Source: Octopus bimaculoides (lineage: Eukaryota). From it: 32,783 bases of DNA. Location: positions 24,549,404 to 24,582,186 of the forward strand of contig NC_069005.1 in NCBI RefSeq assembly GCF_001194135.2, written 5' to 3'. The position numbers and the translations under genes are program-made. The notes under the pieces are model-generated. The model was not told the origin of the DNA. It ran no database searches and saw only the letters and a list, made by a program, of their open reading frames with translations. How positions within the stretch are numbered: position 1 is the first letter of the stretch; each line of letters begins with the position of its first letter. Below, piece by piece: positions 22,918 to 32,783 of this stretch.

Positions 22918-23305
22918 TGTGCGTGTTGGCACTCCATCGCTTACGACGTCGAGGGTTCCGGTTGATCCGATCAACGGAACAGCCTACTCGTGAAATTAAC
23001 GTGCAAGTGGCTGAGCACTCCACACAGTCGTGTAACCTTAACGTAGTTCTCGGGGATATTCAGCGTGACACTGTGTGACAAGGCTGAACCTTTGAATTAC
23101 AATTACAACAGAAACAGGAAGTAAGAGTGAGAGAAAGTTGTGGTGAAAGAGTACAGCAGGGTTCACCACCATCCCGTGCCAGAGCCTCGTGGAACTTTAG
23201 GTGTTTTCGCTCAATAAACACTCACAACACCCGGTCTGGGAATCGAAACCACAATCCTATAACCGCGAGTCCGCTGCCCTAACCACTGAGCCATTGCGCC
23301 TCCAC
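22918..23305 (-). mobile_element. tRNA-derived SINE, family B, full length with TSD
   Basis: Reverse complement of 17851-18237, with a 12-bp direct repeat TCTCTTTGAGTA at 22906-22917 and 23306-23317. Confidence 0.9.
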
Positions 23306-25192
23306 TCTCTTTGAGTAACATATGAAGAAAAACACAGTTAAATCGATCTGTTGAACGTTGTGTGACTTAGTTTCGGATGTGACAGTGTTTGATGCAGTGG
23401 AGTGGCTGATTGTGAGGGGGAGTGGTGCTTCGCTCCAGGTGACACTTTTAGTAGAGCAGCACATTGGGGTCAATTGTATAAACCGTTTTTTAAGCTCGTT
23501 TGTGGCCTGGGGTGGACGGGAAACTCAAGGGCTGCCCCAGGCTGCACACACTCCAGCTACGCCACTGGCTAGATATGTCAGTGAAGTCTTCCTCAAATCA
23601 AAAAACTATATTGTCTTAAAATAACAGTCATGGCACATTGGATAATTTAGTGGTGAACATGTCTGAATAAAAGATTGGATGGTCATGGTTGGAACGGTTT
23701 TTACCAGAACTAAAATGCGGATAAACAACGACAGCAATAACAATAACAGTAATTTAAGCAATGTTGGAAATATGAATAATACGACTTTACAACTATTAAG
23801 TTTGGTGTCTTAGTGTTTGAATATAGTAAAACATTAATATATGGAAAACGATAGAAAAAGAATAACGAAATTTATTTTGACACATTTGCGAATCTTACAA
23901 TCTTTCAATGATAATTCTCCTCCTATGATGTAGCATTGATCGATATTGATCGATTAATAGTATCGATTTCAGCAATCCTTTCGTACATTCCATCGTCGAT
24001 ATTTCAGCTTTATCTCATCTACTAATATTGATTATTGCTAGTCGTACAACTAAATATTCGCTATACTTCACATCATACAAACCTCTCCTCACTTCTTTAC
24101 TCTGTTGTCTTCCGTTGCTCTGCAGTATTCAATCTCAGACTCCTCTACGCTCTGAGTTCAAAATCCAACTGTGCTTCATGTACATTTAATTCTCAATGGT
24201 TAAAAACGAACGAACCAATCATAGACTGAAGAATCCTTATATTCTGCATACCCTTGTTTTTTTTTTTGAGAGGTCTATTACATCATGTCCTTCAAAGTTA
24301 ACAGTACCAGCGATTTCTGCTGCTTTTCACTGTGACCGTTGAATCTAACGCCATTATCCAATCTCCCTTAAAGCAGAAGCAACATTCAGATTTGTGAGTT
24401 CTTCTTCAGCTGTAGATCACTTGCTTGAAGAAACATGATAATCAAAAGTGCCAATTGGTCATATCGACTTCAATGCCTCACCAGTATCTAATTTTTGCAA
24501 CCCAACATAGATAAAAAGCGAACTTGATCACTTGATCACAACAAAACATTTTCTCTATTTTTTTTTCCAGTACTCTTATAATTCTACCAATCGACCACCT
24601 TAAATATCATTAATATTATTATTTTATTATACTCCCTATTCAAAGGATTATACTCATTGTCTAAAAAAACATTATGAATTGAAGCATAATGTTCAAAATA
24701 ATTGCGATTTGTTTTCTGTAGTTTCATTGTGGTTATTCACAGTAATGCTAAATAGCTCTCTACTGAGTACATTATTTCGTTATTTTATACCTTGCAGGAA
24801 ATTTGTTCTATTGTGAAGTATTTTTTAGTTGAATATCTTGTTTTTAATATTGATTTCATACTATAGATGGGTTCTGTTATATTCCTAAATAAACAAATTC
24901 AATGTTTTCTGTGACGGGTGGGAAATGTCAACTTGTGTTGTGTGAAGGCCAAGCCATGGGGGCAGGTTAGGTCCTGTCTTTGATTGTCTTTTGTGAACGG
25001 TGTGTTACTGCATTGTCTGCATCTTCTTTTAGATTATGGGGTGAGCTACAATCCTGGTTAGGTCCAATGAAATGTAAGTCATTATAATGACACGATCCTG
25101 TGCAGAATATTTAGTATAAAGGTTGAGGTTTCGTACTAACGAGGTCCTGTGTAGAACATATTTTTGGGGCGAGGGAATTTAATACATTGATA

Positions 25193-25407
25193 AGGCGGCG
25201 AGCTGGCAGAAACGTTAGTACGCCGGGCGAAATGCTTGACGGTATTTCGTCTGTCTTTGCGTTCTGAGTTCAAATTCTGCCGTGGTCGACTTTGCCTTTC
25301 ATTCTTTCGGGGTCGATAAATTAAGTACCAGTTGCGTCCTGTGGTCGATCTAATCGACTGGTACCCTCCCCAAAAATTTCGGGCCTTGTGTCTAGAGTAG
25401 AAAAGAA
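25193..25407 (+). mobile_element. SINE family C, full length with perfect 14-bp TSD
   Basis: TTAATACATTGATA occurs at 25179-25192 and 25408-25421. The body is homologous to the copies at 20101, 18703 and 27670. Confidence 0.9.
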
Positions 25408-25772
25408 TTAATACATTGATAGACTTCCTAGAAAGTGATTAGTGAATGATAGAGTAATGTTTCAGCAATGACTCAGCTTTATAAAACCTCGCTATACGCA
25501 ACTGAAACAGCATTAAATTTATATCACCATCTGTGTGTTATACTAAATGTATACTCACCTGCTTAGACGAAATCCGCGCCTCGATATATTGCAAATTTCC
25601 GCAATGACAGTGAATGTGTTATTCACTGTCTTCTATAGATCGAGGCACGAATTTCGGAGAACATATTATGCCAAATATTTGATTGGAATTTGGCTATACA
25701 TGGATTTACATGGACTACTAAACATTGGTTAACCGTTATGCTATCACATTTGAAATATCAATTTTTCAATGC

Positions 25773-25803
<31 letters not shown>

Positions 25804-26100
25804 CATACATACATACATACATACGAGAGCAAAAGAAATTGATGCTGATTCTCCAAATCCAATCTATTAGTGGCTCAGTTAAGATTTGTAAGACATTCCA
25901 AAGATTCGCTATCGAAGATTCTTTATGTGCATTGATGCACACACCTGCATGCATGCGTCGACAGCTCAGCCAACACAACAACTCAATCACATTTACAAAC
26001 ACCGGGAACTCTTTTAATTCAAAAACTCTTTGTTAGCGTCCTGCTTGAACTCTCTCTCTCTCTCAAGAACTAATATGAAACTCATAGAAAATTCATACAT

Positions 26101-26276
26101 AGGCGCAGGAGTGGCTCTGTGGTAAGTAGCTTGCTTACCACCCTCGTGGTTCCGGGTTCATTTCCACTGCGTGGCACCTTGGGCAAGTGCCTTCTACTAT
26201 AGCCTAGGGCCGACCAAAGCCTTGTGAGTGGATTTGGTAGACGGAAACTGAAAGAAGCCCGTTGTATATATGTGTG

Positions 26277-26307
<31 letters not shown>
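26101..26307 (+). mobile_element. tRNA-derived SINE, family A (3' end runs into the gap)
   Basis: Head GGCGCAGGAGTGGCTCTGTGGTAAG...GGTTCCGGGTTCATTTCC (A/B-box-like); homologous to at least four other copies in the window. Confidence 0.9.
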
Positions 26308-26994
26308 NNNNNNNNNNNNNNNNNNNNNNNNNNNNNNNNNNNNNNNNNNNNNNNNNNNNNNNNNNNNNNNNNNNNNNNNNNNNNNNNNNNNNNNNNNNNN
26401 NNNNNNNNNNNNNNNNNNNNNNNNNNNNNNNNNNNNNNNNNNNNNNNNNNNNNNNNNNNNNNNNNNNNNNNNNNNNNNNNNNNNNNNNNNNNNNNNNNNN
26501 NNNNNNNNNNNNNNNNNNNNNNNNNNNNNNNNNNNNNNNNNNNNNNNNNNNNNNNNNNNNNNNNNNNNNNNNNNNNNNNNNNNNNNNNNNNNNNNNNNNN
26601 NNNNNNNNNNNNNNNNNNNNNNNNNNNNNNNNNNNNNNNNNNNNNNNNNNNNNNNNNNNNNNNNNNNNNNNNNNNNNNNNNNNNNNNNNNNNNNNNNNNN
26701 NNNNNNNNNNNNNNNNNNNNNNNNNNNNNNNNNNNNNNNNNNNNNNNNNNNNNNNNNNNNNNNNNNNNNNNNNNNNNNNNNNNNNNNNNNNNNNNNNNNN
26801 NNNNNNNNNNNNNNNNNNNNNNNNNNNNNNNNNNNNNNNNNNNNNNNNNNNNNNNNNNNNNNNNNNNNNNNNNNNNNNNNNNNNNNNNNNNNNNNNNNNN
26901 NNNNNNNNNNNNNNNNNNNNNNNNNNNNNNNNNNNNNNNNNNNNNNNNNNNNNNNNNNNNNNNNNNNNNNNNNNNNNNNNNNNNNNNNNNNNNN
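26308..26994. other. Assembly gap
   Basis: N run between (TA)n and (CA)n. Confidence 1.
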
Positions 26995-27048
<54 letters not shown>

Positions 27049-27229
27049 AGCAATGAACTAGTTGAGCAACCAACACCGCATTGGTGGATCGATAGTGTAT
27101 TTTAATACGAACTCAATTGTTTCATGAAATTATTTAACCTTAGTTTAAATAATACTGGTATTCACCGAATTTGTCTCATTGAGTGATACCAAATCGCCCC
27201 AAGTGTCAGTAGCATTTAGTATACGTGTG

Positions 27230-27495
27230 TACATTGTTTACATTATTTACATTTGACGGATATATGTCCTCATCTTGTTTGTTGTTAACACAACGTTTCG
27301 GCTGATGTACCCTCCAAGCCTTCATCAGGTGTCTTCAGGAAATTTTGAACCTGGGTTCTCACTTCTAAGGTATACTTCGATGTTGTTGTTGTTGTTATTA
27401 TTATTATTATTATTATTGTTCATGTCACTGCTTGGAATAGAACACGGATTCTTGGGGTTAGTAGCTTGCGCCCTTAACCACTACGCCATATACTC
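27230..27495 (-). mobile_element. tRNA-derived SINE of a further family
   Basis: Minus strand reads GGCGTAGTGGTTAAGGGCGCAAGCTACTAACCCCAAG...GTGTTCTATTCC (tRNA-like), followed by an (AAT)n(AAC)n tract and a body. Confidence 0.65.
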
Positions 27496-27586
27496 GTGGG
27501 TATGCATATAAAAGTTTCCGTCCTGGAATTTCAATAGTCATTGGAGTTTCTTAAGTTCTTTGAAAAGTAAATTATATATAAATATA

Positions 27587-27637
<51 letters not shown>

Positions 27638-27669
27638 GCACGTACACATACACACTCACACGCATGTTT

Positions 27670-27790
27670 TTCTTTATTTCCCACAAGAGGCTAAACATAG
27701 AGGGGACAAACAAGGGCAGACAAAGAGTTTCAGTGCGTAAGTGGTACTTATCTAATCGACCCCCAAAAGGATGAAAGGCAAAGTCGACCA
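27670..27790 (-). mobile_element. SINE family C fragment
   Basis: AAAAGGATGAAAGGCAAAGTCGACC is the reverse complement of the family C core. Confidence 0.7.
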
Positions 27791-28195
27791 TACATACATA
27801 CATACATATGTATACTCTGTGTGTGTGTGTGTTAATCCGATTTTTTGTTGAAACAGTTGCTGCTGTGTCTTAGAAAATACATTTTGCTAATAAGAAACAT
27901 ACGCGCTGGTTTTATTTCACTTCTTCTTATAATTATTAGTCAGCTATTCAACCAATTAACCAATTAACTAAGCGATTGCTTTGCTTGATTGATGCCACTG
28001 ATATGCTCGTGAATGGTAAGGAAAGGTGCTGACAAACCTGTTAACTGAGTGATTGGTCAAAACATAAATCATGTAGTTGATTGGTGAATTGATTAATCTG
28101 TTAGCTATTCAACCAACATTAATTATAAAAGAAAAAATAGAACCAGTATTCACGTTTCTAATAAGAAAAATTACTTCACCAACATTTAACAGCAC

Positions 28196-28229
<34 letters not shown>

Positions 28230-28387
28230 ACAAAGAATGGAGTGAATATGTATATATGTGTATATGGGTATATGTTTAGAAGGAGTGTGCGAATATGTAT
28301 ATATAAGTATTTCTGTACATCGAGAAAAAAGGAGGCAGTCAGAATTTTTGATAATTCTTTATTATTAACGCTTTCGTTCGTTTATAG

Positions 28388-28583
28388 TATGTATGTATGT
28401 ATGCATGTATGTATGTATGTATGTATCTGTTTATCTATCTATCTATCTGTCTGTCTGTCTCTCTTCCTCTGTCTCTTTTCTCTCTCTGTCTCTCTCTCTT
28501 TTTCTCTTTCTCTTCTCTCTCTCTCTTTCTCTCGCTCTCTCTCTCTCTCTCTCTCTGTGTGCGTGTGTGCGTGCGTGCGTGTG

Positions 28584-28631
<48 letters not shown>

Positions 28632-28668
28632 TGTGTGTGTGTGTGTGCGTGTGCGTGCGCGCGCGCTT
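28388..28668. repeat. Compound microsatellite (TATG)n-(TATC)n-(TC)n-(GCGT)n-(GT)n
   Basis: Direct reading. Confidence 0.95.
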
Positions 28669-29632
28669 GATTGTTTGCTTGTTTCTTTGTTTGTTATATC
28701 ACTGTTGGCAAAGCTATCACACTGATGCGCTTCCATTGCACTGTTGTAGCTTCCGAATGATGCCATCGCGCTCCTTAGATGAGCAAGCGAACATTCCCCT
28801 TGGACAGAACGCCTGTCTGCCGCGGGATTACTCGTTTACAGCTGCCGTTGGATTTCGTTGATTTCCGTTTCAATGATGTTGTTATCATGTGACAAATGAT
28901 GCGATCTATTTCTTTGGAGCTTGATGTACTTGGCTTAAACTGTATGAAACTCAGTTGAGATGTTAGAAATGAACTGAAAAATTCAACTGGATCGAAAAAC
29001 AAACCAAGGGTTTTTAATGTACTTTCAATAAGTACAAATGTTGTGTGGACTGAGGATTCTGCATTCTTCACGATTCAGCTTATTAAACTAATTTGGACTA
29101 GTTTGTTACTGATAAGGATTATCACTTATATAATCAAGATTATACCGAAAGTTTTCAGAGATTATTGCTCATACACTTCAACAATTCCATGCGGACATTA
29201 TTCACCGCGAGGCTACTTAATTGAAAATACCACTGAAGGGGAGGGGGGGTCACTTTACTTTTGCCAACTGTTGTGCATATATGCGTGCAGGCACACACAC
29301 ACACACACATTCATATATATATATATATATACTCGTATATTCATCGTTCTTGTATCTGGCTTGTAAGATTCTTTATGTGAATTCGCTTCGCGTGTCGAAA
29401 CAAGTTTTGTTGCATCTAGAGGGTGTTAATAATATTAGCATAATGGAGCATAATGACTCCCCCTAGACACAACAATATATACATGTGTGTGTATGTGTAT
29501 GTATGTGTGAATACATGTATGGAGGTACGTATGTATGTATGTATGTATATATGGGAGGATATACAAAAAATAACAACAGACGAGGACAGGTGGTGTAAAT
29601 AACAAAAGTATATATTAGTATGACGCTCGGGA

Positions 29633-29663
<31 letters not shown>

Positions 29664-29749
29664 AATAATAATCAGGTACTCAGATGTCTGGATGGTTGTA
29701 TATGCAGACACACACACACACACCAACACAAAGACACTCACACCTACAA

Positions 29750-29796
<47 letters not shown>

Positions 29797-29880
29797 TCTC
29801 TCTCTCACTTTCCCTCCATTCCTGACCCTCTCTTACTATCCTCTATATCTCTCTCTCCACCCCTACACATTCAATAATAC

Positions 29881-30683
29881 NNNNNNNNNNNNNNNNNNNN
29901 NNNNNNNNNNNNNNNNNNNNNNNNNNNNNNNNNNNNNNNNNNNNNNNNNNNNNNNNNNNNNNNNNNNNNNNNNNNNNNNNNNNNNNNNNNNNNNNNNNNN
30001 NNNNNNNNNNNNNNNNNNNNNNNNNNNNNNNNNNNNNNNNNNNNNNNNNNNNNNNNNNNNNNNNNNNNNNNNNNNNNNNNNNNNNNNNNNNNNNNNNNNN
30101 NNNNNNNNNNNNNNNNNNNNNNNNNNNNNNNNNNNNNNNNNNNNNNNNNNNNNNNNNNNNNNNNNNNNNNNNNNNNNNNNNNNNNNNNNNNNNNNNNNNN
30201 NNNNNNNNNNNNNNNNNNNNNNNNNNNNNNNNNNNNNNNNNNNNNNNNNNNNNNNNNNNNNNNNNNNNNNNNNNNNNNNNNNNNNNNNNNNNNNNNNNNN
30301 NNNNNNNNNNNNNNNNNNNNNNNNNNNNNNNNNNNNNNNNNNNNNNNNNNNNNNNNNNNNNNNNNNNNNNNNNNNNNNNNNNNNNNNNNNNNNNNNNNNN
30401 NNNNNNNNNNNNNNNNNNNNNNNNNNNNNNNNNNNNNNNNNNNNNNNNNNNNNNNNNNNNNNNNNNNNNNNNNNNNNNNNNNNNNNNNNNNNNNNNNNNN
30501 NNNNNNNNNNNNNNNNNNNNNNNNNNNNNNNNNNNNNNNNNNNNNNNNNNNNNNNNNNNNNNNNNNNNNNNNNNNNNNNNNNNNNNNNNNNNNNNNNNNN
30601 NNNNNNNNNNNNNNNNNNNNNNNNNNNNNNNNNNNNNNNNNNNNNNNNNNNNNNNNNNNNNNNNNNNNNNNNNNNNNNNNNNN
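29881..30683. other. Assembly gap
   Basis: N run. Confidence 1.
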
Positions 30684-30700
30684 AACTGAATATATATACA

Positions 30701-30852
30701 TTCAGTTTCCGTCTACCAAATCCACTCACAAGGCTTTGGTCGGCCCTAGGCTATAGTAGAAGACACTTGCCCAAGGTGCCACGCAGTGAGACTGAACCCA
30801 GAACCATGTGGTTGGGAAGCAAGCTACTTACCCCACAGCCACTCCTGCACCT
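30701..30852 (-). mobile_element. tRNA-derived SINE, family A
   Basis: Close reverse-complement match to 26101-26260. Confidence 0.9.
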
Positions 30853-31286
30853 ATATATGTTTATATATATTCATTTAAAATATATAGATGCCTATAATAG
30901 GACATCTAACCCGCTAGAAAGAGCAGCAAAAAACTCTAAACCACAAAATTAGGGATAATTTCAAAAGGGAATGGAAAATAAAAACATTTACCAATCTGAA
31001 AGAAATTTCTAATGATAAAATGTTTATATATAAGTATATATATACTTATATATAGACATACATACACAGCTGCATATATGTATAAGAATACACACATAGG
31101 TGTGCACTTACACACGTATATATACACACAAGCACGTTATATGAATGTGTGTGTGTGTGTGTGCGTGTATGAATGTGTGTTCCAAAACTTGTAACATCTT
31201 TGGATTCCATGTATTAAATATTCTACGTTCAAAGATATTGAGACCATACGATTGTGAATTGCCTCCTTAATCCCTGTATTAGACTC

Positions 31287-32232
<946 letters not shown>

Positions 32233-32253
32233 GATCGGTCTGCACACACACAC

Positions 32254-32412
32254 CGGCTTCTTGGAGTTTCCGCCTACCGAATCCACTCACAAGACTTTGG
32301 TTGGTCGGGTCTCTAGTAGAAGGCACTTGTCCAAGGTTCCAGGCTGTGGGAGTGAACCTGGAACCATGTGGTTGGGCAGAAAACTTCTTATCACACACCC
32401 ACGCCTGTACCT
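32254..32412 (-). mobile_element. tRNA-derived SINE, family A (diverged)
   Basis: Colinear with 30701-30852 (AATCCACTCACAAG..TAGTAGAAG.CACTTG.CCAAGG..GAACCATGTGGTTGGG). Confidence 0.85.
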
Positions 32413-32484
32413 ACATATGTGTGTGTGTATTCTTTTATTCTTCTGTACGTTTCAGCCCGAAGACTGTGGCCATGTTATATATAT

Positions 32485-32516
<32 letters not shown>

Positions 32517-32783
32517 AGATATGCAGGGCAGGGAATCGTCAATTAGTAATAAAATTAATAATTAACAATTTTGCCGGGTAGCTCAGTATGAAAAACCCTT
32601 TTCGGTAAAAATCATTTATAATCATAAATATATAGGGATTGACAGTAACCTGCTTCTCCAACATACTGAGAATTCAGAAATAGCAGCCAAAGAACTACTG
32701 ATTCCAAAACTACAAATTATTACTCTAAATTGATAGCGATATTTTTGATACACACAGAACAATATATGTGTGTGTGTATATAT

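Noticed and set aside
28775-29366. ORFs of 98 aa (-) and 107 aa (+) in unique sequence
   Set aside because: No recognisable domain, no convincing splice boundaries, and the lengths are within chance expectation.

Overview
AT-rich animal genomic DNA with six assembly gaps, dense microsatellites, several tRNA-derived SINE families, MITEs and one fossil LINE. From recall, the repeat landscape and SINE sequences look like an Octopus (coleoid cephalopod) draft genome. Only one protein-coding exon is well supported: a 1286-nt + strand exon (6237-7522, phase 1 in, phase 0 out). It encodes a ~400-aa hydrophilic, Ser/Asn/Thr-rich, sequon-dense segment ending in IHIGSIVILFIMVLE, which resembles the S2 helix of Hv1/TMEM266-type voltage-sensor proteins. 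This suggests a giant glycosylated S1-S2 loop. I could not find the S1, S3 or S4 exons in the called sequence, so most of the window is probably intron. Other notable items are a 20 x 24-bp minisatellite whose variation is synonymous in a Cys/Met/Tyr octapeptide frame (13139-13618), a perfect 20-bp hairpin (10684-10729), several structurally intact non-autonomous DNA transposons and inverted SINE pairs. Almost all other ORFs in the track are microsatellite, SINE or N-gap artefacts.
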